DNA of 64,000 nt from Octopus sinensis (Eukaryota). The stretch is from positions 108,252,001 to 108,316,000 of the forward strand of contig NC_042998.1 in assembly GCF_006345805.1 (NCBI RefSeq), in the 5' to 3' direction. Below, piece after piece: positions 37,487-52,083 of the stretch. Position 1 is the stretch's first letter. Every line of letters begins with the position of its first letter. The notes under the pieces were generated by a model that was not told the DNA's origin, made no database searches, and was given only the letters and a program-made list of their open reading frames with translations. The position numbers and the translations under genes were made by a program.

Positions 37487-40400
37487 TTACGAAACACTTT
37501 GCGACAGGCATTTCTTCTTCAGCCTTATTTTCCGTTTCATGTGGAAAACGACAAAGTCGATTAGCTCGAGACTGGAGATAAACATGCCTGTTGCAATTCC
37601 TTTTACTCTCGTCTTCCACACTACTTCTTTCGCCATAGCAACTACCGAGAGAAAACAGGCTCGCTTCTTCCTATTCAGGGAGGTCGGCGGAACTATCTTC
37701 ATTACAGATTCGCTCGACAGTTGTACTCTTCTCGAATGCGACAGCAGGTGTTCGACATAAGCCCAGAGTCCAGTCACCTTGGGGCATTGCACAATCGCGT
37801 GCAGGACAGTTTCACTGTCCCTCTCACATCTTGCACAAACCGGCGAAGGTGCACACCCATGTCTAAAGAGCTTATCTCGAACCGGTAAAGCTCCCCTGTA
37901 ACATTGCCAGGCCAGGGACTTTTGGTAATTATCCATAGGCTTCGGACCGAATGTTCTTTGGAACAGGCTGGCCAGTTGATTTTCGTCGAAGCCCGGAGTT
38001 TCTCCTAGGACGTCGTCACACTTAAACTCTACTAACCCTCTATAGAAGAACGAGGTAGTAACCCCGCCACCGGCGTTGCCCGACTGGGAGAGAAGCACGA
38101 GTGCCTGATAGCACTCTGCATGCCACATGCCCAACCTCGGTCTACACTTGATCCATGGGTTCAGTTCGTTAAACGATGTGAACTGAGGAAATAACAGCTT
38201 GACGAACGGAGACCACACCTGCTCACCGTCCAGGTAAATCCAGAGGTGCCTAAGCCTGAGCGCATGTCTGCGCATTTTTAGCCACGGCATCCCTAACCCA
38301 CCCTTCAGCGGCTTTTGGCAGCAAATAGAGCGCCTTACAAGAGGTCTGCTGCTTTTCCACAAAAAGCGAAAGAGCATGCGTTCCAGTTTGTTCAGCCACG
38401 AATCGGGCAAGGCACGACGGTCAGGCGGTAAGTGATTACAGAGGCGATAAGCACCTCTGCAGCCTCCGCCCTCCCTTTCAAGGACAGCTTCCGCTCAGAC
38501 CATGTCTGAGTTAGGAGAGCCACCTTTCTCGCCACCTCGCTCCAGTTCTTCTCTATCTGGAGATCTGGACCTAACCAGATTCCAAGCATTTTCACCGGTC
38601 CTTCCGTCCAACGTCCTACGACGCTATCGGAAGACATCGACTTGCCCCTCCAGGTGCCGAGTTGCAAGCCGACCGATTTATCCCAGTTGACTTTCGCTCC
38701 TGCCACCGCTTCGTAGTCCCTTAAGGCCTCACCCACCCACTGTAGGTGCTCGACTCGGGAAACGATGACGGTGATGTCGTCCGCATACGCCGAAGCTGAC
38801 TTTCCGCACCCTAGATCTTGCGGAGTGCCTCTCATAGTTTCCAACCTCCTCAGCAACAGCTCGAGGGCCAAAACGTAGAGAAGCGGGGAAAGAGGACACC
38901 CTTGACGTACCGAACGTTCAATGCTGAACGGCTCCGAAAGGAAACCATTTACCCGAACTACCGATTCGATGTTGCTGTATAAAGCGATGATCCATCCGCG
39001 GAAGGTCGGGCCGAAGCCAGCCGCCGCGAGGACCGCCGCCAGATACTGATGGTCCACCCTATCAAACGCTTTCGATTGGTCCAAGTGGACCATAGCCCCA
39101 CCCTTGCCAGGAATCCTATTTACCCTTTCTAAGGCATAGCGTAGAAAGTGGAGATTGTCGTGGATGGTCCTTCCAGGGATGGCGCAAGTTTGCGCCTCGC
39201 CAACAAGTTCACCCACGACCCGCGCCAACCTTTTTGCTAAGACCTTGGCCAAAATCTTCAACTCTGCGTTAAGCAGAGTGATGGGCCGAAAATGATCAAT
39301 TAAATCCCCCTTGTTTGGGTCCTTTCATAACAGCGCTACCACCCTTCGGCTCACAGACTTAGGAATTCTCCCGTTCTGCTGCCAGTTGGTGTACACGCAT
39401 GCAAGTAGGTGCCCAAACAAGTCTGGCATGCTACTATAGAGTTCGTAAGGCAGACCATCGAGTCCCGGCGATTTGTCCCCGCCGCAGTCTGCCAACATAT
39501 CCTCGACTTCTTTGGCTGTGATCGGCGCCTCACAAGATTCCGCGTCCGGCCCCGATAGACGCGGCGAACCGGCTAGGAAGTCTGCGAGCTTCTCCCCGCG
39601 CTCCAACTCGCCGCTCCTCCCGAATAGCTGGGCGAAATTATCATGAAACACCTTGCACATCTCCTCGGGTTCGTTTACTAATCGACCATTTGGGCCCGTC
39701 AAGGATCGAATGGTTGAGTTGTTGCCACGCTGGCCCTCTACCACCCGGGCCCATCCGACTGCGTTGATCCCTTCCTGTCTCATTGCACGGATCTTAGCCC
39801 TGACAATGCACCCTTCATGTTTAGCTTTGAGATGTTGGTCGAGTGCTAACCTCGCCGCTAACACTTTCGATGCACTGCCTGACCTCATTGCCTCATCTAT
39901 TGCCTTAACTAGTTCCTTTTCTACTTTGATTCTAGCACTAGCTAGTTCTTTGCTAAACCTAATTGACTCAAATTTGATGGCTCTTTTCAGGGCGTACCAC
40001 CATTTGTTGTTGATAATGGATCCGGTTAACGCCCTCATTACTAATTGTTTAATCCGATTCCTGTTGGCTTCACAGTCCAATAGTGACTTGTTTAGCTTCC
40101 AGTAACCGGTACCTCGTCTACACATGCTATCTATGTCGAGCGTACAGGTCACTAATTTGTGATCACTGTAGCTGACGATATGTGGACAGCTAAGTATTTT
40201 CTTATCTTTCCTTCTAGTTATGATTCTATCAATGTAAGATCTGGACGACCCGTCGTTTCTTACCCAGGTCCACGCTGGAGTGTCTGGGTGGTCCAGTCTG
40301 AATCTATCTGCCAATTCGAAACGACTTAGCATATCGTTGAGGTGAGGAAATCCCCTCCTATTCTTTCTCGAGACATAATCTACGCGTGCATCGCAAATTA

Positions 40401-40842
40401 TGTTGAAGTCACCTAGCAATACTAACGTGTTCGACGTGCCAAGAAAATTCTCTAGGCTTTTGAAATACTCTTTCTGCCCGGCTTTTCCTTGGCAGGGAGC
40501 ATAGACAGCGACCAGCCTGAACACTTTACCACTGCTGTGCGTCACATCCAACACGACCAACCTGCCTTCCGGATCTATAAAGACAGTTCTAATCTCTAAA
40601 TCCAGGTTTTTCCTGACCAGCACTGCCACTCCTCCTCCCCCTCCAGGTCGACAGGGAGAAACGTATTTCTCGTAGCCGTTTAGAAGGGGCGTAAATGCCT
40701 GCAGCCCACTCAGTCTGGATTCGGTAATTACCACTACATCCAAACGATGCGACCTGAGGTCGTTAAGGAAGTAGCCTTGCTTCCAATACGACCCCAGGCC
40801 GCGAATATTTATACAACCGAGTTTAAACGAGAATGTGAAAAA
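37487..40842 (-). pseudogene. Tx1 ORF2 (APE endonuclease + reverse transcriptase), disrupted
   Basis: CINIRGL, ITESR, LLGDFN, SDHK (APE); KSPGLDG, FRPITLLN, DQSKAFDRVDH, QGCPLSP, YADD (RT); CARC...H...C. In-frame TGA at 39327-39325, frameshift at ~38405, probable further frameshift at the extreme C-terminus. Confidence 0.95.
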
Positions 40843-41152
40843 TTAGTCGAAAGTTTAAAACATACTGTTTTAACGGAAGAGCGGGTGTAGTTTCACCCTC
40901 CTCTTTTCTGTCTGTGAGTGTTGTGTTTTGCGAGGTCAGTTTTTCTGCGAATTGCCTGTACAGATGGCTCGAAAAGTTCATCTGTAACGGACCTACGTCC
41001 TCCGCAAATGTTTTTTTAGTTCAAAATAATCAGCGTTATCTATTGTATAAAATTCGACATTTTCAGAAATAGTACTACTTATATCTGTTACGATATATTT
41101 TTCGCCGATTTCATTAAAATAATTTTTTCTCTTAATGGGTTATTGTTTTTAT

Positions 41153-42463
41153 TTATCGCCGTGAGGGTGTTTCCTTTTTTTTTGTTAGGCGATTGTGTGT
41201 GTTTGTGTTTGTGGGTGTGTGTGTGCTTGTAGAAGCGTTGGTGTTTGTAGGTGTGTGTGTGCTTGTGGTAGGTGTGTGTGTGTGTGTGTTTGTGTGTGCT
41301 TTTTCCAGTGTGTGTGTTTTTTTTTGGCTACGTGTGTGTTTGCTTGTCTGTCTCGGAGTATAGTCCTGTGTATCCGAAGAGGGTAGATTTTTCCGTTTCC
41401 GTCTTCTTTTTGAAGGTTCTATGGTGACCCACTCCTGGATGTTGTTGTTGTTGTTGTTGTTGTTGTTGTCGTTGTTGTTGTTGTTTTCTCCCGTTGTCGT
41501 CTGAACTTCGGCAATTGGGGTGCGCGACGTGGCTGCTATTTCTAGCGGTGTAATTGTTGTTTTCGGCGTCGTGCTTGCCTCTGCAGTATTTTCTTTGGCT
41601 GTCTTCTTACAGTTTGACCTTATGTGGCCTTTCTCGCCACATTTATAACACCTAGGCTTTCTCCCCTCGACTATTACCATCATGCTGGTCTTATCTCCAA
41701 TGGTGAGGTAGCTGGGCAATTTTTCCAAGTCCGAGGGATTTGCTTGGATCACAAGCTCTAAGTCTTGTCCATACCAGTTCATGTGGCGATATCTATTAGA
41801 CTGAAGAATGGCAATTTCTTCCTCTTTGCCTAAGAGAATCGCTGCTATGACAAAGTCCACATCTATTTCAGGAGGAATATCTGTGACCGTTATTTTGGAA
41901 GTTCTCATTCCTAAATAAAATGGTAGAAGAACTACATCTTCCGACTTCAACGCTCTTGTTGAATGTTCCCTAGCTTTTTCTTCGCTAGGGAAACGCACCT
42001 CTACCGTGCCGAAGCGAATACCCCTCGTTATATAAGTAGTTTGTTGCCATATCGGCCTCAAACATTTTTCTATGGCTTCTCTCTGCACGAAGTAAATTTT
42101 CCTATTTTTCACATTATATGTCTTGTATATGACAGTTTTTCTCTCCGTCGCGTAAATTAATTCACTGGGAGGGAACAACTTCACATTATCACCTTCTTTT
42201 TTTAATAAACTTTGTTACTTCTTTAATTCTTCTTTGTTAATAACGATGTTTTCACAGGGGCGAGTTGCTGCACTCGCAAAATTTATTTTTGACTTTTCCT
42301 GTTGTGTAGTAGCTTCGCTAGACATATTGTCGTCTGCTTTTGTAACGAGCGCGTGAGACGTCTCTTTACTTTTAGCTTCCTCCTCCCACATTTTCGCCTT
42401 CATGCCTTCAAACAAATTTTCAACGTTTTCCTCCGACTCGGAGGAGATTGGTGGCAAATTCAT
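41153..42463 (-). pseudogene. Tx1 ORF1 (gag-like, CX2CX4HX4C)
   Basis: ATG at 42463 (MNLPP...); a single in-frame TAA at 42217-42215 joins the two ORF-track pieces; CYKCGEKGHIRSNC knuckle; Thr/His/Asn low-complexity tail. Confidence 0.9.
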
Positions 42464-42631
42464 GTTTTTCGTCGCTTCCCCCGTGAAACAAGGGGGAAAG
42501 AACAGCAGAACTCTGCTGCAACAGCAGAAAAGAAGTGGCCTCGACGACCAAAACAGCAAATTTTCAAACTTTTCAGCACAAAAACAATCTTTCACTGCGG
42601 AGCAAAGAATAACACGACCGATGAGAGAAGT

Positions 42632-42673
<42 letters not shown>

Positions 42674-43056
42674 GACAGAGTGGAAAGCAGAGAGAGATAA
42701 AGTTAAGGGAGACAAAACATGAGAGAAAAGGAGAAACAGTGAAAAAAAAGAGAGGATATCAAAGGGATAAAAGTGTTAGCTGTTGTGATGATGCTTCTTT
42801 ATCGTTTGTTGTGGAGGCAACTGTCTGTTCGTTGTCGGTAGCGATGGTGGCGGCGAGACATTACTTGACAACAATTACAGCATGAAGAGGCATGCGTTAA
42901 ATAATACGGTGTTTCTAAATTTCTGTTCACAAAATTACAGTTTGCCATCAATTCCTTCCTACTGGCAACCTCACCTTCTCCTCCCACTGCAACCACTATC
43001 TCCCTTATCTAACATCCTGCCAACATCATTACCGCAACAATCTATTACAGTTCCCA

Positions 43057-43109
<53 letters not shown>

Positions 43110-43811
43110 CGCATACACATATCAGTAATAATGTGGTTAGTCAGAAGAAGAATTGAAGGAATGTATCCTTTGTTTATATAAACGTACAGAAAGTCTTCAA
43201 ATTCCCCAATGAAATGAAATGGAATAAAATAAAATAAAATAAAATAAAATAAAGTAATATAAAGTAGAATATTTACGTTATTACATTTAAGAATATCCGG
43301 TCAAGCGCTTAAGAATACTTATGCCTCTATTGAAGGGAAGAACAATTTTCTATATGCACAGAAGAGGAGACGCAAATGAGGGTTGCTAGGGTGCTGCACG
43401 AATTAAATAGCATGAAACAGTTATGTGACGTTCTTGGGCCAACAATGATTGAGAGAAGACAATACATTGACAAAAGGACGACCACATCACGAAGTATTAC
43501 AACATTAAATATATCACAAAATATCTCTGACACAACATAAGATGTCATACCATATATATTACGTCATATCTGTTGACCCTCCTCTATCACATTAGGCATG
43601 TCGTACTTTATAAAACACTTCAATATTTCCTATTTCATATTTTCTTTAGAAAAAAAACGTGGACATTATCTCAGAAAATAACTGTCTTCCACAGTCGCGT
43701 ATTTAATACCAAGTCTTACTTTAATGTCTTACTAAAGGGAAAGCAAAGATATATCCAATTTCATTTCTCATAGTCAACAGTATTAATCTCAATGGGACTG
43801 GCATTAGACCC

Positions 43812-43885
43812 AATCAATCTTAATAAAACTAATCAATCTTAATAAAATTAATCAATCGTGATAAAACTGATCAATCTTAATAAAT
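43812..43885. repeat. 19-bp minisatellite, ~4 copies
   Basis: Unit AATCAATCTTAATAAAACT. Confidence 0.85.
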
Positions 43886-44200
43886 GTAGACGGTTTAAAA
43901 ATACTTGAGCTTAGCTAGGAACTTCTGAACTACATTATAAAACGACATCTTTACATGCTGAATAATATATAACTCTAGGCAGTTTATAACTTTGAGTAAA
44001 TGAGAAATTAAGTAGACAAGGAAATTTTGTGCTCACAATTTCAAAGGTGAAAGACAATCTGAATTGTTCAGTAACATTCATCTCAAATTCTTAAGTACTG
44101 TATTTATTTTCGACGCTGCTCTTCGGTCTGTTCGATGTAAGATAGTCTTCAGATCTTTATATTGACATACATACATTTATACATACATACATACATACAT

Positions 44201-44235
<35 letters not shown>

Positions 44236-44998
44236 AACACAAACACATATACATACACGAACGCACGTACACACACACGCATACACACACACACATACAC
44301 ACTCGTACCGGCGTACATACACATATAGACACACGTTAGTCAACTCTGTTTTTTCGCTTTTCGTTAGTCTTTAGTGAATCTCTTCCTTGCTTCCATGAGC
44401 TCTCTTTCTCCCTCTGCTTCAGTCTGATTCTCCCTCTTCCTCTCTCTCCCTCTGTATCGTTCTCTCTCTGCCTGTTTTTCTCGTTCTCTCTGTTTATCTT
44501 TCTCTCTTTGCCCATCGTTCTCTCCCCGTCTCTCTTTCTTTCTTCAGTTCTCCCATTCTTTCTCTGCCTCAGTCTACTTCTTTCTTTCGTTCTTTCTTTT
44601 GTCTTTCATTCTTTCTTACTTTCTCTCACCCGCTTTCCTCTGACATACACCATTTTCTCACTCGTCTTTCTAAGACGGAAATGTGTAGACAGTATAGATT
44701 GGAAAAATGTAATTATTAAAATTTTTCATTTGAAAATCAGATCTTAGCAAAATACCATGGAGGGTAAAAAATAATTCATTTCTTAATTGCTTCACATTTA
44801 AATTTGTTTATATTTATAAAATATTCTGATATTATGCTCAATTAATTTTTATGCTTGAAATACACCAATAAAACAGTCACACAAACACTTATAAATCTAT
44901 GCAAATATAACATACAAAAACAAAGCAAACTTGAGAAGGCAGAATATAAATTCTGCGAGAAGGCAGAATATAAATTATGAAATTATGAAATTATACAT

Positions 44999-45035
<37 letters not shown>

Positions 45036-46004
45036 AACACATGAAATGTCCAATGTCATGAATATCAAAATGAAATACTTATAATTATATTTACGACATA
45101 GTAGGGAATATATGAAGATATGAAGAAATGCAGATAATATCCAATATATTAATTATTGATTTCATTTGATGTGATATATCATGTATTTTGTAAGGGTGGG
45201 GTGAGGAATATGTGTTACAAGATCGAAAGAAATATCTGGGACCTTTTCGCCGACCATTTATAATCGTAAATCAAACTTAATAGTAGATGCAAGAAATACA
45301 TTGGTAGCCGCGGCTAGCTGCAATGGTCACAATCTGTTTTTGTTGTTGTTGTTGTCTTTGTTGCTGCTACTGCTACTGTTTAACTCCAGGTAGGTACTGA
45401 CTCAGACATATGATCACTAAGACATTCCAGTCGTAACTATTTAATCATTTAGGCTCTATACTTATAGTGGAAAGGTAATGGCCTGTTGGGACGTTTTCTA
45501 AAATGATATTAGCTGCATGTATGAAGTGATTCGATATTTAACCAGGAACCAAAACAGACTGATCTAGTCTGAATCATACGTCTCATTCAGTAAGAAGCAA
45601 ATTTATTGTTTAGGTTGCCATCTCATGTCTTTCTTTTGGGTATAATTGGCAAGATAAAGAGAATTTTTGAATTTGGTCCCAAGACAGATACTTCTTTCTA
45701 TAATAATAACAAAAATAATTTCTAACAGAGACAAGGTCTACAAGCGTTGGTACAAGGAAGGGTAAAGTAAATAGATGCATTACTTGACTTGTACTAAGTT
45801 TATCGATCCGGGAGAAAAGAGAACGATGATACTAGAATTGTTGAAATGAGATACTTTAATGAATTCTAGCCAATGTTCTAGTGATCTTGATATTTACAGT
45901 GTCCAGGAATAAGAGATAGATGAGAAATATCGCGATAAAAGTATGAGAAATATATATAGTAAATATAGCAATGCAATAGGTGGAAATAAAATATCATTAG
46001 AGAG

Positions 46005-46075
<71 letters not shown>

Positions 46076-47781
46076 GATGGGGAGGGAAGGAGGGAGGTAA
46101 GAGAGAGAAACGTTGAGGGAGAATGAAAGAGACAAAGAGAGAGAGAGAAAAGAGAGAAAACAGTGATGAAATATAAAGACTATTAAAAAGCATTAGTAAA
46201 AGTAGGAGGCAAAAATAAATAGGTAAATAAATAAATAGAATATTTCAAAAGGTGATATGGCTAATATATTCTGTAAGAATGACAAGTAACGAATTGTAAA
46301 ATACATAGATTCTAAGAAGTGTTTCATGTTAAATATTTATCTGAAGAAATATTTTGGCAGCTAAATGAATGATGTTTCAGATGATTACCTAACGGATAAA
46401 AACAAACATTAATATACAAAAAACTAAAAACACATTCATTTAATCTCCCTCAGCCTGCATATCCCATAAACAATAACTTCGTGCACCATTCACTTGCTCA
46501 ATTTTAATGTTTTTACGAAATGTTGTCTCTGAAATAATTATGTCTTGCTTAGATTACTGAAATTTACAGAAGGAGTATATTCTCTTTACTCCTATTTCTT
46601 TAATTTTGAATCAGCACAGTACAGAAAGCGTTAAATTGAAGGAATATCATATTTACTTCCTTTGTATTTATACAAAGTGCGTGGATTGTGAAAGATCAAG
46701 AAATAAACAGAGAGAAAGATGATGAAAAACATGTGGTCGGATCAATAGCGGGAAAGATAGAGTGGGGGAACGTGTGTAGCTGTGCACAGACGACCTCCCT
46801 AGGCTATGGATTGTGATTCAGTTATCCAAATTAGAATGTTTGACTTTTAATTACATTTCTTAGAAATAAATGTGTTGTTTGTATAATCTAGGCTAGAAGA
46901 TAACATATTTCGTTACCCTTCATATTGTTTATTTATCTATTTTTTGTAATAAACACGCAGATACTACTGATTCTTCCTTCTTACTGGAAACATGAGTAAA
47001 TATAAATAGTCATTGGAACTAACACTGTAATAATATTGGTATCTAGCAAGTAACAGTTAGGCAATTTCCTGGATGTTTTTACTCGATCCCGGAATTACAT
47101 TATCGTTCCCCACATTGCTTTGGAACAAATTATAACAGAAAGAGAAAGATGATAAGTAGATTTTTCTTAGATATATCTTATCTGAACTAAACATCTGTAT
47201 TCCTAGCATCGTAATCACAATTTAAACTCCCAATAATAATGTTATCTCTTCGCATTGTCCTTTACACAAATAAAAAACAAATACAAAAATGTAACAGCAG
47301 TAGCAGCAACAGCAACAAAAACTAGAACAACCATCATAACATCAACAAAAATAACAGGAAAACAATGACAGTGACAATAGAAACATAAACAGAAAGCAAC
47401 AATAAACAGCAAGCGAGAAGTAGAATAACAGCAACAACAAAAACAGCAACAACAACAATAATAATAATGATAATAGTGATGATAATAACAACGAAGTATT
47501 TTTGTATTATAAAATCTCATATTTCACCAATCAGTGGAATGAGGCTTTACAGATGTCCAATTTCAATGTAAGTCGTTCTTAAAAATTTAAAGATAAACTT
47601 TGTTAAAGAAAATTACAATTTGGACTGGTCTCTATTTAATTAACCGTGATTAACATCTATAGAAATGTACTTATTTCTTTTAATATAAATCGATTATTTC
47701 TTCTAGGTTAAACATTTCGGACTGTTTTTATTATGTTATATAACACAAAACAGTATCCGCATACATTTGTAAACACACACG

Positions 47782-47871
<90 letters not shown>

Positions 47872-49849
47872 CACACGCACAATTCACCACCACATATATT
47901 CATTCAACGACAAACAGATGTGCAAATATACAGAAAACAAACAGAATTTGGAAGCCATTGATAAAATGAATTAAAACAACACAAAAAGTCCTTGGTTTCT
48001 CTGACTAATCAGTTGGACAACTCGTTGATAAAGTGATAAAATCAATCAATGACAGTATATTTCAGTGGGATTGAGCAAACATATTAATGTGATGAATACA
48101 CGCAGGATAGCAATGGAATTATAAACAGAAGACTATGCCTTAGGTATTAAAAAAATGTATTTAGATGTTTTAGATATTTTCTTTGCGAGAGAAATTTTTG
48201 AAAAGGTATTTTGGGCTAATTGATATTCAGAAGTAAAAAGAGTAATAGATAAACAGATAAAAATAAATATATAAATCTATATCTAGCAGATGTATTTAGA
48301 TAGTGTCTTCAGATGTTTGTTGAAATATACGAAATCGATGTTGCTTCTAATTTCGTTACAAACAACATTTTGACTATGTTCAGAGCAGATTCTCGGTTTA
48401 ACACTTCACATGCAATTAATTGCTTACTGGCTTAGTACAAACATGATATATCTGAAAAAATCATAGCGTTATTATATCAGTTCAGTGAGTAGGTAGAAGG
48501 ATATTTCAGTATAAATAAGGCTATGGATTCTGTTACTAAGGCTTTGCAATCAACTGATACTATTACAGACACGACTTTAGTAAATTAAACAGGAAAAATA
48601 AATTTGTTGTGACTAATTTAAAATGTTCTCTATAACATGAAGCTCAACGGAAGATTTTTTGTTTGAGTCAGTTTCCAATAAGCATGATTTTACTTGGATA
48701 TTCCTGAAGTGGTGTTGATGAAAGAATATAAGATGAAGTAATTTTAACTTTTCATTTATTATATTTCAATATTAACGTGTTTTCCTACACAAACACATAT
48801 ACAATCATGTGCATTTACTAAATGATCCTTCTTCACTATATCACTTGGTACAGTTAAGTAATGCTTCGTAGATGAGGTCGGAATAATGATAAAATATGTG
48901 CAGAGTTGACATATATAGATATCTAAAAAAATTTTAATTATTGATAGTTTTTGCTTCATTGCATATTTATTTTTAGTGCTTTTGAAACCCTCCTCCTGTT
49001 AAATATGGTGATACTCACCCACCTGTTTATTGTAGATAATTTACAGACTTTATAAAAGTGATTTTATGAGTTATATTGGATATCAATCATCCTAGTGACG
49101 TCATATATAATACGCGTCGTAGGTAGGTTAATGTCTCTACGATTTGCAGATGTTGATACATATATTACTCTCATTTAAAAAGAAAAATCTGAAAATTTTC
49201 TCACATTTTCAACCATTATTCATCCCTTTTTCTATGCTGATGTAATTTTCTAATTAAAAAATATAGGTTTTTCTTGATGTATAGTGCTTTACATGCAAGG
49301 TTTTCACGAAAGCCGATCTTTTCAGAATTGTTAAGTTCATACCTTCAAGATAGATGTTTTAGACTTGTTTTATGGCTTTATTGGACACATTAATTATATC
49401 TATCACAGCCATGTCAGTATCGTAAGAAATTTGTCTAACAAGTGCGTAATTATGGTTTCAATTTCACTATGCAGCATTTTGGGAAAAATGTCTTTTCCCA
49501 GAGTTTTGATGTGCCGAATACCTAGCAACAGATGAAAACATTGCAGCAACCCATCTTGTGTGTGCGCGCGCGATGTATATACACACATATATGTATATAT
49601 GAAAGTGCCCTCAAAGTACCGTGTGGAAATCATATCTAGAAGTTAACTGTTAATGATTCTCTATATCAGTACTCGAAGTTCCATACATATATTAAATATA
49701 CGTATGGTCAATCAGAGAATTTCATGAATAATTTTAGAACAAAGGGAAATTGCTCAGGTGACTTTGGTATAAGGAATGTAAGCCAGTTCAGTCATGGCTC
49801 AATAACGTTCAAAAAAGTAACTCGGACCCTTAAACAAAGGGACTCATAA

Positions 49850-51150
49850 TTCCTTCACATGCTGTTAAATGTTCCAACGCCTGGAAATTTCCCAAGTGAT
49901 AAGTCTTCCGATGGTGACAGTTACACAATAACTCGGACTTTCTATTGAGATGTATTACTAGCCGCTTCAATATCTGGAACTTTCTAAATCAGAGTACAGA
50001 TATAGTAAGTATGGAATTCATGGTAGTAATATCGACAATGTTCTTTGTCACTGTTCGGTTATGTGGTTCCTAAGTTTCGAGATTAATCGAGACAGGGAAA
50101 TAAAATTTTCCCTTTTCCTTGACGTAATCGAGTTAATGAATTTTGAAAATGTTCGCAGTAAGCCATGTATAACGAGGTGAATACCTCCAAGTGAGTTATT
50201 AATACTTTCCTTAGGAAAGACAAAATACCCATGTTGCTGGATTTCGATAACTGTAATTTAGCTGGTAGTGTAGGATATGTGAGTATGAACGTTTTGTATT
50301 GTAACGTATAATCTAAGAAGTGATGTTTTTCAGGAAAGAAAAGATAGCCTTAATGTTGTGTGCACTGAATGTATTCTATTTACGTGCTGATGAAACGTGT
50401 CGCCGCATTTCAGCCAGGATGCTACTGGCTATATTCATAGAAACAACTGAGTTATGGTAATGATAAAACCAGGTTAATTTTCTCTCCTTAGTTCTTGTCT
50501 GGTGTGGAGTGGGTGAGATGCTTTCCATATAAATTAGTTTCTGACTGAGAGAAGCCCTGTCATCACGATGATGGTGAATATGTGTCTCGTAGGATAGATC
50601 AGAGGCTCACCTACTCATACCGGCTATCAGGTCCCTAAATACCGTTTCTTTTCCTGATTTCTGTAGAAACAATGGTTGTCTGTCAATAAACCTGTTATTT
50701 TTACTAAATGGGTTATATTTTTGGTTGATGTTAGTTGTTGTTTTAAAGACGGCTCTTTAAAATGCATATTAAGTCATTTCTGTATCTATTCAGGTTGTGT
50801 CCATTCAATTTATATATGAGTATCGTTTAGCATGTCATCTCTGTACTATAATAAACTAGTGGGAGGTTTCTGCATAGTGAAGGTATCAAAAATAAACAGT
50901 CTCACAAAATCTTCTATCTCAGTGCCATCTCAATTTCCCGCAGAGATGTCGAACAAAATATCACCCTCTTTGTCGAATTAGTACAATTCATCATGACTAA
51001 AGTGTGATTTCCTGCAATATTAATATGAACCTGATCATGGTAAATTGACATCCGAAATTCGATAAAAGTCCATTTGATAAATTTAAAGGCTGCTTTGTTT
51101 TCATTGCCGAATAACCACTTGATAACATCAACGCTGCACTTCTATCATTC
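49850..51150 (-). mobile_element. Highly degraded Penelope-like element
   Basis: Minus-strand DVIKWLF...KAAFKFI, YTWLTANIFKI and LNRKSELLCNCHHRK remnants in the expected order. Confidence 0.5.
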
Positions 51151-51593
51151 TATTCTCGTAATGTTTCTAATTTTCAGTTTAATATTTAATAGCGTCGAGA
51201 ATGCACTTGCTAATCTCAATTCGCATTTGGCATGATTAATTAACCTACATTTAAGATTGGACAGGAAGCTGGTAAGTGGTTTTTAAAGATGATGAAATGA
51301 AGCCGCATGGCGAGGCAATCCATGCAGTAATCTATATTTAGTAAGGAGACTAGTTTCTTCACCCCAGTCTGTCATGTAGAAGTGGTGCTTTTTGTGTAAT
51401 TTTGTGATGCTTCAGTGGCATTCAGCTCATATATGTGCTTTGCTTTGTCTCAACAAGTATCTAGATACTGGGAAGTTGTTGAATAAATTCATATAATTGT
51501 TCAAGGTTTTATATTCATACGCACACGCGGATATATATATATATATATATATATATACATTCATATATTTATATATATATATATGTGTGTGTG

Positions 51594-51636
<43 letters not shown>

Positions 51637-52037
51637 GTGTGTATCTGTGTGTGTATAGATATACATGTATATGTATATATACCTATATATGTGTGTGTGT
51701 GTGTAGTTATATACAAAGCAAGCATTGCATTTAAGTAGAGTATCAGGTGTATTCATACAAGGAAGGTTCACAGTAACTTCGGAATATTGGGCTTAGCTAC
51801 TGTCGACAGTCTGGCAAAGCAACTGAGTCGAAGCTTCGAAGTTAGTGTCAAACTGGTTCAAGCAAAAAATATAGATACGTGTGCATACGCGTAGACACAT
51901 AAGCAAAACTGTGTTTTAGTTATGCTTCATTAATTTTCTTTTTTTACATTTTCGTATGAGTTGTTTTCGCATACGAAAGCATGAAGCAAAACTTGATAAA
52001 AAGATAAAACTGGACCACAGTTATGTTTTCGACCCAC

Positions 52038-52083
<46 letters not shown>

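Larger units (their letters stand above)
37221..42635 (-). mobile_element. Full-length Tx1-clade (L1 group) LINE, ~5.4 kb
   Basis: 5' UTR, ORF1 with CCHC knuckle, ORF2 with APE-RT-C-terminal zinc finger, and a 3' UTR ending AATAAAGAAATA; (GA)n on both flanks. Confidence 0.95.

Noticed and set aside
39653-40105. 150-aa + strand ORF inside the Tx1 element
   Set aside because: Antisense to ORF2 with no recognisable domain; expected by chance opposite a long ORF.
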